The notes beneath the pieces are model-generated. The model ran no database searches. It saw nothing but the letters and a program-made list of their open reading frames with translations, and was not told the DNA's origin. DNA of 64,000 nucleotides from an uncultured Actinomycetota bacterium (GTDB lineage: Bacteria > Actinomycetota > Actinomycetes > Propionibacteriales > Nocardioidaceae): contig CAWGNN010000009.1 in NCBI GenBank assembly GCA_963824105.1, positions 500,279 to 564,278 of the forward strand, read 5' to 3'. A program made the translations under genes and the position numbers. Of this stretch, positions 7,020 through 16,380 are shown piece after piece (the stretch's first letter is position 1; each line of letters starts with the position of its first letter).

Positions 7020-9248
7020 ATGCGGGTGTTGAGGGCGGCGGTCGGACTGCTGCTGGTCTCCACCTTCGTGCTGCTGGGCGTCGAGCACGGGCCCCCTGCG
7101 ATCACCTCCCCTGTTGGCATCGCGCTGACGAGCACGACGGACAGCAGTGTGTCGATCCTGGTGCTGGGCGATTCATACTCCTCGGGCAACGGAGCCGGGA
7201 GCTACGACACCTCAGGTTGCTTCCGTTCTGCACACAACTATGCCGAGAGGTTCGCCACGATCCTGGCCAATCGCTTCGGTCAGGCCGCCACCGTGACCGA
7301 CCAGGCCTGCAGTGGCGCGACCTCGAACGATTTCGCCCAGGCCCAAAACGCCCAGACCGGACCTCAACTCGACTCGGTCGATGCGACCTACGACGAGATC
7401 TTCCTGACCATCGAGGGCGACGATCTCGGGTTCCCCGACATCGTGCGGGACTGCCTCGTCACGGTAACGGCCCTCCGCTCGACCTGCCGTTCTGATCTGA
7501 ATGTGACCGATCATTACATCGCCGTCGGAAACGCGCGAACGGACATTCGCTTGGTGCTTTCGCAGATCCACGGCAGGGCGGCGCCGACAGCCCAGATCGT
7601 TCTCCTGGGATACCCCTACCTCGAGGGTGATCCCAACCTCAAGTTCGGGCGGATCCCGCTCGGAAAGCGAATCCGGGATCTCGGGGACGAGCTGGAGGCC
7701 ATCCAGACGAACACCGTCAACCGCCTGAACAAGCACTTCGGCGCCCATCAGTTCGTCTTCGTCTCGACCCAGAGACTCTTTGCCGGGAAGTCGTCCTGGC
7801 TTCCCCCGAAGCGGCAGAGGAACCACGAGCTCTTCAAGGCCCGCGAGAACGCCCACCGTTGGTTGCTGCAATCGCCGTGGGACGTGGCGCAAACGGCTGA
7901 GTACTACCATCCCAGTCCTCGGGGCTGGCACGAGGAGGCCGAGCTCCTGGCTCACTCGAAGATGGTGCTGCGCCGCAAGCTGGCCTACGGCGGCGGCGAC
8001 CGCTCCTTCTCGGCGACGGTCACCGAGCCGTTCTCGGCGTCCATCGGTCAGATCGCCGGTGGGGTCAGACCCTTCAGCGTCGCCTTCGACCAGAGCGCTC
8101 CGGTCCCGCCGTGGCTCAGCGTCTCGTGGAAGAAAGGGCGGCTCCGTCTGGGGGGTACGCCCGACCGGGCGGGGACCTGGGCGTCGGTCATCGACGTAAG
8201 CGACCAGACGGGCCGGACCGTCGCTGTCAACGCCACCATCACTTCGACGTTCCCGGTCGGAAAGACGCTCTGCACGACCCAGACGGTTGTTCCGAGGATC
8301 GAGTGCCGCGCTCTCGTAGCGATGTACAAGTCCACCAACGGACCCTCCTGGGTCGACAACACAAACTGGGACGCGAGCATCCGGATCTGCTCGTGGAAGG
8401 GCATCTGGTGCAACCACGGCCGGCACGTGCGTCAGATCCAGTTGGGGAACAACGACTTGAGTGGCCCGCTCCCCGCTCAGCTGGGGAACCTGACCGGGAT
8501 GAAGTGGCTCCGCCTAGGAGGCAACCAGCTGACAATTGTGCCCAGCCAGATCGGCAACCTCGCCAATCTGGAGTGGCTGCAGCTCGACGGCAACGACATT
8601 GCTACCCTGCCCTCGTCGCTGTGGACGCTGGCCAAGCTGAACGTCCTCTATCTCGGGTCGAATCCGCTGGGCAGCGTCGATCCGGGGGTCGGCAACCTCA
8701 AGAACCTCACCTTCCTGAGCCTCGACAGCGACCAGCTCTCCAGCCTTCCGCGACAGCTCGGGAATCTCCCGAATCTCTTTGAACTCGATGTCGAGGACAA
8801 CCAGTTGACGGGGCTGCCACGGAACCTCCGTCACCTCCCGCTGTACCAGCTCGACGCCTCCTACAACCAGTTCGCCCAGATCCCGTCCTGGGTTACGACG
8901 GAATCTCTCCTCGACGACCTGGACTTCACCCATAACCAGCTGATCAGCGTCCCCACATCCATCGGCAACCTCACCCGGCTCACGCGACTCGGCCTCGCGT
9001 GGAACCAGCTGACCGCCGTCCCGGCCGAGGTGGGAAGCCTGCCGAACCTCCAGACGCTCGACGTGAGCGGCAACCTCTTGACCGGAGACATCTCCCCTTG
9101 GGCGAAGCCGCTCTCGTCGGACGTCAACCTGCAGTCCTTGACGATTCGAGACGGGGCAGGCTTCAACAACTGCCTGACCGTGGGCGGCCACACCGCTCTC
9201 GCGGCGTGGCTGACATCGATGGATGCGCTCTGGAACGAGTGCTCGTGA
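7020..9248 (+). CDS. secreted SGNH/GDSL hydrolase - Ig-like - leucine-rich-repeat (LRR) fusion protein
   Basis: N-terminal signal-like helix. GDSYSSG block I and ACSGAT block of SGNH esterases. GTPDRAGTW Ig-like segment. C-terminal cap CSWKGIWC followed by about 10 LxxLxLxxNxLxxxP repeats. Confidence 0.8.
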   Translation: MRVLRAAVGLLLVSTFVLLGVEHGPPAITSPVGIALTSTTDSSVSILVLGDSYSSGNGAGSYDTSGCFRSAHNYAERFATILANRFGQAATVTDQACSGATSNDFAQAQNAQTGPQLDSVDATYDEIFLTIEGDDLGFPDIVRDCLVTVTALRSTCRSDLNVTDHYIAVGNARTDIRLVLSQIHGRAAPTAQIVLLGYPYLEGDPNLKFGRIPLGKRIRDLGDELEAIQTNTVNRLNKHFGAHQFVFVSTQRLFAGKSSWLPPKRQRNHELFKARENAHRWLLQSPWDVAQTAEYYHPSPRGWHEEAELLAHSKMVLRRKLAYGGGDRSFSATVTEPFSASIGQIAGGVRPFSVAFDQSAPVPPWLSVSWKKGRLRLGGTPDRAGTWASVIDVSDQTGRTVAVNATITSTFPVGKTLCTTQTVVPRIECRALVAMYKSTNGPSWVDNTNWDASIRICSWKGIWCNHGRHVRQIQLGNNDLSGPLPAQLGNLTGMKWLRLGGNQLTIVPSQIGNLANLEWLQLDGNDIATLPSSLWTLAKLNVLYLGSNPLGSVDPGVGNLKNLTFLSLDSDQLSSLPRQLGNLPNLFELDVEDNQLTGLPRNLRHLPLYQLDASYNQFAQIPSWVTTESLLDDLDFTHNQLISVPTSIGNLTRLTRLGLAWNQLTAVPAEVGSLPNLQTLDVSGNLLTGDISPWAKPLSSDVNLQSLTIRDGAGFNNCLTVGGHTALAAWLTSMDALWNECS

Positions 9249-9297
9249 GCGACGACGGTGGGTTGGTAGAGACGGACTGACGCCGGGGGCAGGCCAC

Positions 9298-9999
9298 TCA
9301 CCCGGTTGGGCGGCTCCGGTTCGTTGAACTCGCCTGGCGCAGATCCTGCAATGCCTGCGCGGGGAAGGGGACACCGGTGTTGCTGTGACAGCGGTAGCCA
9401 TTAGGACGGATTGCCAGGTACTGCTGGTGATGGTCCTCGGCGTAGTAGTAGGTCGGGGCGGGCTTGATCTCGGTGGTGATCGACTCGGTGATGCCCCGGC
9501 GCTGCAGCTCGGCCTGGTATCGCGCCCGCAGCTCGGCTGCGGTCTCCGCCTGCTCCGGGGTGGTCGTGTAGATCGCGGAGCGGTACTGGGTGCCGACGTC
9601 GTTGCCCTGCCGCATGCCCTGGGTGGGGTCGTGGATCTCGAAGAACCGTTTCACCAGGTCGGCGAAGGAGACCCGGGCCGGGTCGAAGACGACGCGGACC
9701 GCCTCGGTGTGACCAGTGCGGCCCGTGCACACCTCCTCGTACAGCGGGTTCGGCGTGACTCCGCCGGCATACCCGGCCGAGGTGGACCAGACGCCGGGGA
9801 TCTGCCAGTAGATCTCCTCGGCTCCCCAGAAGCAGCCGAGCCCGAAGATCGCGACCTCCAGGCCGTCGGGAACCTCGTCGGTGACGACGGGTGCGTCGAG
9901 GACGCGGTGACGCGCGGCGATGGAGAACGGCCGCTCCGGACGTCCGGGCAGTGCCTCGCCGGCTGCGGGGAGCGCCTGCTTGTGGCGGGTGAAGAGCAT
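9298..9999 (-). CDS. msrA: peptide-methionine (S)-S-oxide reductase
   Basis: GLGCFWGAE active-site motif plus full-length MsrA similarity. Unusual 20-aa tail after the conserved ...NTGVPFP. Confidence 0.93.
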   Translation of the reverse strand: MLFTRHKQALPAAGEALPGRPERPFSIAARHRVLDAPVVTDEVPDGLEVAIFGLGCFWGAEEIYWQIPGVWSTSAGYAGGVTPNPLYEEVCTGRTGHTEAVRVVFDPARVSFADLVKRFFEIHDPTQGMRQGNDVGTQYRSAIYTTTPEQAETAAELRARYQAELQRRGITESITTEIKPAPTYYYAEDHHQQYLAIRPNGYRCHSNTGVPFPAQALQDLRQASSTNRSRPTG

Positions 10000-10122
10000 G
10001 GGTCCTCCTGGTGGGCTGCTCCCAAGTCTGACAAGTCGCGGGGGCTATCCCAATCCCGGCACCTTGCTGAGTGGTTACGGAAACCAGTTCCACGTGTGGT
10101 ATCAGACTGATACCATTCCCAT

Positions 10123-10329
10123 ATGGCAATGACACTTCGAACTGACGCGGAGCTCGACGAGGCACTGCGGGTGCTTTCGGAGTTCGAGGGCGTCTCGCGC
10201 CAGGAGATCGTCCACCGGGCGGTGCTTGAGCGGCTTGAGCGCGCCGGTCACCGGGCTGCGGTCGATGAGAGCGCACAGCGGATGATTGAGCGTTGGGGCG
10301 ACGTGCTCGACCGCCTCGGCACCGTATGA
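10123..10329 (+). CDS. ribbon-helix-helix antitoxin (Phd-like partner of Doc)
   Basis: MAMTLRTDAELDEALRVLSEFEGVSRQEIVHRAVLE RHH pattern. The stop overlaps the downstream start (ATGA). Confidence 0.7.
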   Translation: MAMTLRTDAELDEALRVLSEFEGVSRQEIVHRAVLERLERAGHRAAVDESAQRMIERWGDVLDRLGTV

Positions 10330-10697
10330 GCGAGGTTCTCTATCTCGACGTTGAAGACCTGCTGGCGCTGACGCGCGCGCTTGGCGCAGGCCCGGTCCGC
10401 GATCTCGGTCTGCTCGACTCCGCTGCCAGTCGGCCACGGGTGTCGGTCTTCGGGGAGGATGCGTACCCCTCGCTGCCGCTCAAGGCGGCTGCCTTACTCC
10501 ACTCGGTGTGTGCCAACCATGCGTTGGTTGACGGGAACAAGCCGCTCGCCTGGCTCTCGGCGGCCGTCTTCCTGGACATCAACGGGAGGCGACCGGCACT
10601 CGACGACGACGCAGCCTTCGACCTCGTGATCGAGGTCGCCTCCGGGCTTGCCGACCTCGAGGTCATCGCCGCGCGGCTCAGGGTCGCCGACCGTTAG
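10326..10697 (+). CDS. doc: Fic/Doc family toxin
   Basis: AAALLHSVCANHALVDGNKPLAW corresponds to the Doc motif HxFxDGNKR, but with Pro in place of Arg. 4-bp overlap with the antitoxin. Confidence 0.7.
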   Translation: MSEVLYLDVEDLLALTRALGAGPVRDLGLLDSAASRPRVSVFGEDAYPSLPLKAAALLHSVCANHALVDGNKPLAWLSAAVFLDINGRRPALDDDAAFDLVIEVASGLADLEVIAARLRVADR

Positions 10698-10722
10698 CCT
10701 CCTCCGGCGCTAGGGTGCGGCT

Positions 10723-11907
10723 GTGAGTGGATCCAAGAGTGAGTGGCGGGGCGGGCAGAGCCAGAAGCACGGGTTCGAGACCCGCGCGATCCATGCTGGT
10801 CAGGAGCCGGATCCGGTGACTGGGGCAGTGGTCCCGCCGATCTTCGCGACCAGCACCTACAAGCAGGACGGGGTCGGGGGTCTGCGGTCGGGGTATGAGT
10901 ACTCCCGGACCGGCAACCCCACCAGGGCCGCGCTCGAAGAGGCGATGGCCGCGCTGGAGGAGGGCGACCGGGGCTTCGCCTTCGCCAGTGGCCTGGCCGC
11001 CGAGGACACCCTGCTCCGGTCGGTCTGCGTTCCCGGCGACCACGTGGTGATCCCCGACGACGCGTACGGCGGCACCTACCGCCTGTTCTCGAAGGTCGCC
11101 GAGCGATGGGGGCTCGACTACACGCCGGCCCCGGTCTCCTCGCTGGACGCGGTGCGCGCGGCGATCGAGCCGGGGCGGACCCGCTTCGTCTGGGTGGAGA
11201 CCCCGACGAACCCGATGCTGAACATCGCCGACATCGAGGCGCTCGCTGCGCTCGCCTACGAGTCCGGCGCGATGCTCGCGGTCGACAACACCTTCGCTTC
11301 GCCCTACTTGCAGCAGCCGCTCACTCTCGGTGCTGACGTTGTCATCCACTCGACCACCAAGTACTGCGGCGGTCACTCCGACGTCGTAGGAGGGGCGGTG
11401 GTCGTCCGTGACCTCGAGCTGGCCGACCGGCTCGCTTTCCACCAGAACGCGATCGGAGCGATCGCGAGCCCATTCGACTCGTGGCTGGTGCTGCGCGGGC
11501 TGAAGACCCTGGGTGTCCGGATGGATCGCCACTGCGACAACGCCGAGAAGGTCGTCGAGTTCCTGACCGGGCATCCCAAGGTCTCCCAGGTGATCTACCC
11601 GGGGCTCCCCGATCATCCCGGCCACGATCTGGCCTCCCGGCAGATGAAGCGGTTCGGCGGGATCGTGTCGTTCCGGGTCGCCGCCGGCGAGCAGGCCGCG
11701 CTCGATGCGTGCGCCCGGACCCAGGTCTTCACCCTCGGGGAGTCCCTCGGCGGCGTCGAGTCGCTCATCGAGCACCCGGCGCGGATGACCCACGCCTCGG
11801 TGGCCGGCACCGAGCTGGAGGTGCCCTCGGACCTGATCCGGCTCTCGGTGGGGATCGAGTCGGTCGACGACCTCATCACCGACCTGGACCAGGCGCTCGG
11901 TGCCTGA
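10723..11907 (+). CDS. metB: cystathionine gamma-synthase/lyase, PLP-dependent
   Basis: FETRAIHAGQ, YSRTGNPT and the STTKYCGGHSDV PLP-lysine motif. Synteny with Rv1079-greA. Confidence 0.88.
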   Translation: MSGSKSEWRGGQSQKHGFETRAIHAGQEPDPVTGAVVPPIFATSTYKQDGVGGLRSGYEYSRTGNPTRAALEEAMAALEEGDRGFAFASGLAAEDTLLRSVCVPGDHVVIPDDAYGGTYRLFSKVAERWGLDYTPAPVSSLDAVRAAIEPGRTRFVWVETPTNPMLNIADIEALAALAYESGAMLAVDNTFASPYLQQPLTLGADVVIHSTTKYCGGHSDVVGGAVVVRDLELADRLAFHQNAIGAIASPFDSWLVLRGLKTLGVRMDRHCDNAEKVVEFLTGHPKVSQVIYPGLPDHPGHDLASRQMKRFGGIVSFRVAAGEQAALDACARTQVFTLGESLGGVESLIEHPARMTHASVAGTELEVPSDLIRLSVGIESVDDLITDLDQALGA

Positions 11908-13276
11908 CTTGTCGGCTCACAGCTCAGCGATCGTCTGCGTGGACTTCGGATCCACTTTCACCAAGGCCGCGCTGGTCTCCGTCCCGGACGGGGACCTGCT
12001 TGCGAAGGCCAGCAACCCGACCACGATCGAGACCGATCTCTGGGACGGCTTCCTCGCCTGTCGGGACGAGCTCGCCGCGGCCCGCGCCGACGTCGCCGAT
12101 CTGCCTGTGCTGGCCTGCTCGTCGGCCGGAGGAGGGCTGCGCATCGCCGTGGTGGGCAACGAGGAGCTCGTCACTGCCGAGGCCGGGCGGCGGGTGGCGC
12201 TGTCCAGCGGCGGGCGGGTCGTGGCGGTGCTCCCCGGTCCCCTCGACGAGGAAGGCTTGTCCGACCTGGCCGACTCGAGGCCCGACGTGGTCCTGCTGGT
12301 CGGGGGAACCGACGGAGGGAACGCCGAGGTACTGCTCGCCTCCGCGCGACGGCTTGCCGGCTGGCCCGGGCCGGTAGTGATCGCGGGGAACGCCGAGGCA
12401 TCCGAGGAGGCCGCCTCGCTGTTGCGGTCCGGCGGGACGGCGTACGTCTTGGCCGACAACGTGGTGCCCAAGATCGGGGTGCTCTCCCCGGGCTCGGCCC
12501 GGTCGGCGATCCGGGAGATGTTCCTGGAGCACGTGATCGGCGGCAAGCACCTGTCCTCGCGACCCGAGTTCACGGCAGCGATCCGAGGCGCCACCCCCGA
12601 CATTGTGCTGACCGCGGTCGAGGAGCTTGGGAAGTTGGCCGGTGACGTGGCCGTGATCGATGTCGGCGGGGCCACGACCGATATCTACTCCGACCTTGAG
12701 ATCGACCCCAAGGAAGCCACGCTGAGCCGTGAAGTCGTCGCCATCGTCCCGGAGGCTCGCACTGTCGAGGGCGACCTCGGCATGCGCTGGAGCGCGGTCG
12801 CGACGTTCGAGGCGGGCGTGAGCGCCGGTGTCATCGCCGAGGACAGTCGGCTCGCCGACGCGGCTCGGCGTCGGCACGAGGACACCGCCTGGCTGCCCGC
12901 AGGGGATGAGGAGTGGGCCGACGACCTCTCACTGGCATCCATCGCGGCCGCGGTGGCGCTCCGACGTCACGCCGGGCGCTCCCGACTGGTCCTGGGGCCC
13001 GGCGGCCGGGTGATCGAGCGGACCGGGCGCGACCTGCGTGACGTGGGGCTGCTGGTCGGATCGGGCGGCGTCTTGCGCCATGCCGGCCCGCGGGGCCGGG
13101 ACGTGCTGACCGGCCTGCTGGTGGAGAACGGCGAGGGCTGGCAGGTGCCGCTCCATCCCCGTCTCGTCGTGGACGTCGACTACCGGCTGGCACCCGCGGG
13201 CCTGCTGGCCCGGGAGCACCCGGAGGCGGCGGCGAACCTGCTGCGGCCGCTGGTGGAGCGCGCTACCCGGGGATGA
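11900..13276 (+). CDS. glutamate mutase L (GlmL/MutL-family, actin-fold ATPase-like) protein
   Basis: VCVDFGSTFTKAALV N-terminal phosphate-1 motif, SSAGGGLR, VIDVGGATTDIYS. Confidence 0.6.
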   Translation: MPDLSAHSSAIVCVDFGSTFTKAALVSVPDGDLLAKASNPTTIETDLWDGFLACRDELAAARADVADLPVLACSSAGGGLRIAVVGNEELVTAEAGRRVALSSGGRVVAVLPGPLDEEGLSDLADSRPDVVLLVGGTDGGNAEVLLASARRLAGWPGPVVIAGNAEASEEAASLLRSGGTAYVLADNVVPKIGVLSPGSARSAIREMFLEHVIGGKHLSSRPEFTAAIRGATPDIVLTAVEELGKLAGDVAVIDVGGATTDIYSDLEIDPKEATLSREVVAIVPEARTVEGDLGMRWSAVATFEAGVSAGVIAEDSRLADAARRRHEDTAWLPAGDEEWADDLSLASIAAAVALRRHAGRSRLVLGPGGRVIERTGRDLRDVGLLVGSGGVLRHAGPRGRDVLTGLLVENGEGWQVPLHPRLVVDVDYRLAPAGLLAREHPEAAANLLRPLVERATRG

Positions 13277-13949
13277 CGATCCACTGTTCGGCGCCGGCGG
13301 CGAACTCCTCCGGTGACAAGTCGCCTGCCCCCTCGGGGAGGCGTCCGATGATCGGGACTCCGGTGACCTCGGGCAGGTCTTCGAGATTGGTGCGCTCGAC
13401 CAGGCCGGGCTCACTCGGCCAGGATCCGATCACCAGGCCGAGCACCTCCTGGTCGGCCTCGTGCAGTGCTGCGGTCGTCAGGGCACTGTGGTTCAAGGTG
13501 CCGAGACCCGAGCGGGCGACCACGATCCAGCCGGCCCTGAGTCCGCCCAGGGCGACCAACCCGATGAGGTCGAGGAGGGTCACTCCGGGGACGAGGGGGA
13601 CCAGGACGCCTCCTGCGCCCTCGACGAGGACGAGGTCGACATCCTCGGCCGCGGTCAGGATCGCGTTACGCAGGGCACGCACGTCCGGGGGGTTCATCCC
13701 CGCCAGTCGGGCGGCTGTGGCCGGGGCCAGCGGGTCGGCGTACCGGGCGAGCTCCAGCGTCCGTACGTCGGGCACCAGCTCTCGCACCACCTCGAGGTCG
13801 CCCGCCTCGTCCGGGCCGACCCCGGTCTGGAACGGCTTGATCACCATCACCGACCGACCCGCCGTCCGGTAGCGGGCCGCCACGGCCGCGGTGGTGATCG
13901 TCTTGCCGACCCCGGTGTCGGTCCCGGTCACGACCAGGAGCTCAGCCAC
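13263..13949 (-). CDS. bioD: dethiobiotin synthase
   Basis: VVTGTDTGVGKT P-loop. Last gene of the bio operon; overlaps the bioF stop. Confidence 0.9.
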   Translation of the reverse strand: MAELLVVTGTDTGVGKTITTAAVAARYRTAGRSVMVIKPFQTGVGPDEAGDLEVVRELVPDVRTLELARYADPLAPATAARLAGMNPPDVRALRNAILTAAEDVDLVLVEGAGGVLVPLVPGVTLLDLIGLVALGGLRAGWIVVARSGLGTLNHSALTTAALHEADQEVLGLVIGSWPSEPGLVERTNLEDLPEVTGVPIIGRLPEGAGDLSPEEFAAGAEQWIVIPG

Positions 13950-15081
13950 GCCCCGACACCTCGCTCACCACGCCACCGATCACCACGCACGCGTGCTCCA
14001 ACTCCGCGTCGTCGATGTCGGCGTGCGCGGTCAGTCGCAGCCGGGAGACCCCGTCAGGAGTCGAAGGCGGCCGGAAGCAGCCGATCAGCACGTCCTGCTT
14101 GGCCGCGACCGCGACCGCCTCCAGCGCCTCACGGGGACCAGGCATGGAGACAGATAGGACGGCGCCGGCCGGTACGTCGACGCCTGCCGCGTCGGCGAGC
14201 CGGAAAGCGACCTGGCCGCAGCGGGCAACGAGGTCGGGGCTCGCCTCAGTCACCGCCAGAGCGGCCAGGGCGGCTCCGGCCGAGGCAGGCGCGAGCCCGG
14301 TGTCGTAGATGAACGGGCGGGCCCGGTTGATCAGGTGCTCCCGGACGGCGGAGGAGCCGAGTACCGCCCCGCCCTGTGCTCCCAGAGCCTTTGACAGGGT
14401 CACGGTCACCACCACGTGCGGGGCCGCGGACAGGCCGGCTGCGTGGGCCAGCCCGCGCCCGCCCGGCCCGGCCACCCCGAGCGCGTGGGCCTCGTCGAGC
14501 ACGAGGGTGGCGTCGTAGGTCTCGCACAGAGCTGCCAGCTCCGACACGGGCGCGGCATCGCCCAGCACCGAGTAGATCGACTCGGCGACGACGAGAGCGC
14601 GGTGCTCGGGGCGCTGAGCCAGCGCGGACTCGACGGCGGCGAGGTCACTGTGCGGCACGACCTGGATCCTGCCCCGGGACAGTCGGCAGGCGTCCACCAT
14701 GGAGGCATGGATGTGTGCATCTGAGACCACCAGGGTGTCCTCATCGGCGAGAGCCGCGACGACGGAGAGATTCGCGTGGTAGCCGGTCGAGAGGACGAGG
14801 GCGGTGGGAGCTCCGGTGAACGCGGCGAGGGCGTCCTCCAGATCGGCATGGATCCGCTGGGTGCCGGTGACGAGCCGCGACGCGCCCGCTCCCGAGCCGA
14901 AGTCGCGCGCCGCTCGGACCGCCCCCTCGACGACGCGTGGGTCGCGGGAGAGCCCGAGGTAGTCGTTGCCGGCCAGGTCGATCGTCTGGGGATCGCGACC
15001 GGTAGCGACCAGCCTTCTGGTCAGGCCCGCCTCCTCCCGTCGACGGACCTGGTCGGCGAGCCAGTCGTCGAGCCGACTCAC
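13942..15081 (-). CDS. bioF: 8-amino-7-oxononanoate synthase
   Basis: NDYLGLS, PLP Lys region TLSKALGAQGG. GTG start overlapping the bioA stop (GTGA). Confidence 0.9.
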   Translation of the reverse strand: MSRLDDWLADQVRRREEAGLTRRLVATGRDPQTIDLAGNDYLGLSRDPRVVEGAVRAARDFGSGAGASRLVTGTQRIHADLEDALAAFTGAPTALVLSTGYHANLSVVAALADEDTLVVSDAHIHASMVDACRLSRGRIQVVPHSDLAAVESALAQRPEHRALVVAESIYSVLGDAAPVSELAALCETYDATLVLDEAHALGVAGPGGRGLAHAAGLSAAPHVVVTVTLSKALGAQGGAVLGSSAVREHLINRARPFIYDTGLAPASAGAALAALAVTEASPDLVARCGQVAFRLADAAGVDVPAGAVLSVSMPGPREALEAVAVAAKQDVLIGCFRPPSTPDGVSRLRLTAHADIDDAELEHACVVIGGVVSEVSGRG

Positions 15082-16376
15082 GGGTGCACCTCGGCGATGG
15101 CTCCGACAATGGCCTTGCCGATCCTGGCCAGCTCCTCGCCGGAGGCGATGTACGGCGGCATGGAGTAGACCAGGTTGCGGAAGGGACGGACCCACACGCC
15201 ACGCTCGAGAGCGGCTCGGCTGACGGCCGGCCCGTCGACCTCGCGGTCAAGCTCCACCACACCGACGGCTCCGATACCTCGCACGTCGACCACTGAGGGG
15301 AGCTCTCGTGCCGGCGCGAGGGCGTCCAGCAGGGCGGAGCCGACCTTGGCGATCCTGCCCTCGGGGTCGCCGCTCTCCAGGAGGTCGATGCTGGCCGAGG
15401 CCACCGCACAGGCGAGCGGGTTGGCCATGAAGGTCGGGCCGTGCATCATCGCGCCCGCCGGGCTCGCGTCCACCGCCGCGGCGACTTCAGGGGTCGTGAG
15501 CACGGCCGCGAGGGTGAGGTAGCCCCCGGTCAGCGCCTTGCCCAGGCACAGGATGTCGGGCACGACGCCGCACCGGTCCAGTGCCCACCGGGTGCCGGTG
15601 CGCCAGAAGCCGGTCGCGATCTCGTCGAAGATGAGCAGAGCTCCGCTGTGCCGGGCCAGATCGGCCAGCACTCCCACGGCGTACGGGCTGTACACGTGCA
15701 TGCCGCCCGCGCCCTGCAGCACCGGCTCGCAGATGACGGCGGCGATCTCGTCGGCATGCGCGGCGAAGATCCTTCGCGTCTCGGCCTCCCAGGCAGCCAT
15801 CGCCGGATCCTCACCCGACATGTCGAGACCGCCCGGAGGTCGTGGCGCAAAGACGTTCTCCGGCACCAGCCCCTGGTACATCGCGTGCATCCCACCGTCG
15901 GGGTCGCACACGCTCATCGCGGCAAAGGTGTCGCCGTGGTAGCCGCCGCGGATGGTGAAGATCTTGTGGCGACCGCGGTCGGCGTGGGCCTGCCAGGCCA
16001 TCTTCAGCGCCACCTCGACCGCCACCGAACCCGAGTCGGCGAAGAACACATGCTGCAGCGGCTCGGGCGTCAGGTCGATGAGGCGTGCGGCCAGCTCCAC
16101 CCCCGGTCGGTGGGTCAGGCCGCCGAACATCACGTGGCTCATCCGGGCCAGCTGTCCGACCGCTGCCGCATCGAGCTCCGGTACGGCGTAGCCGTGGATC
16201 GCACACCACCACGAGGACATCGCGTCGATGACCTCGACCGGGCCCTCCGGGGTGCTGAGCCGGAGCCGGGCTCCCTTCGCGGACTCGACCGGGTATGCCG
16301 GACCCGGTGTCGTCATCGAGGCGTACGGGTGCCACAGGTGCTCCCGGTCGAATGCCGCCACAGTCGTCAGGTCCAT
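15078..16376 (-). CDS. bioA: adenosylmethionine-8-amino-7-oxononanoate aminotransferase
   Basis: HLWHPYASM, class-III aminotransferase motifs, LCLGKALTGG. Start at MDLTTV. Confidence 0.92.
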   Translation of the reverse strand: MDLTTVAAFDREHLWHPYASMTTPGPAYPVESAKGARLRLSTPEGPVEVIDAMSSWWCAIHGYAVPELDAAAVGQLARMSHVMFGGLTHRPGVELAARLIDLTPEPLQHVFFADSGSVAVEVALKMAWQAHADRGRHKIFTIRGGYHGDTFAAMSVCDPDGGMHAMYQGLVPENVFAPRPPGGLDMSGEDPAMAAWEAETRRIFAAHADEIAAVICEPVLQGAGGMHVYSPYAVGVLADLARHSGALLIFDEIATGFWRTGTRWALDRCGVVPDILCLGKALTGGYLTLAAVLTTPEVAAAVDASPAGAMMHGPTFMANPLACAVASASIDLLESGDPEGRIAKVGSALLDALAPARELPSVVDVRGIGAVGVVELDREVDGPAVSRAALERGVWVRPFRNLVYSMPPYIASGEELARIGKAIVGAIAEVHP

Positions 16377-16380
16377 AGGG

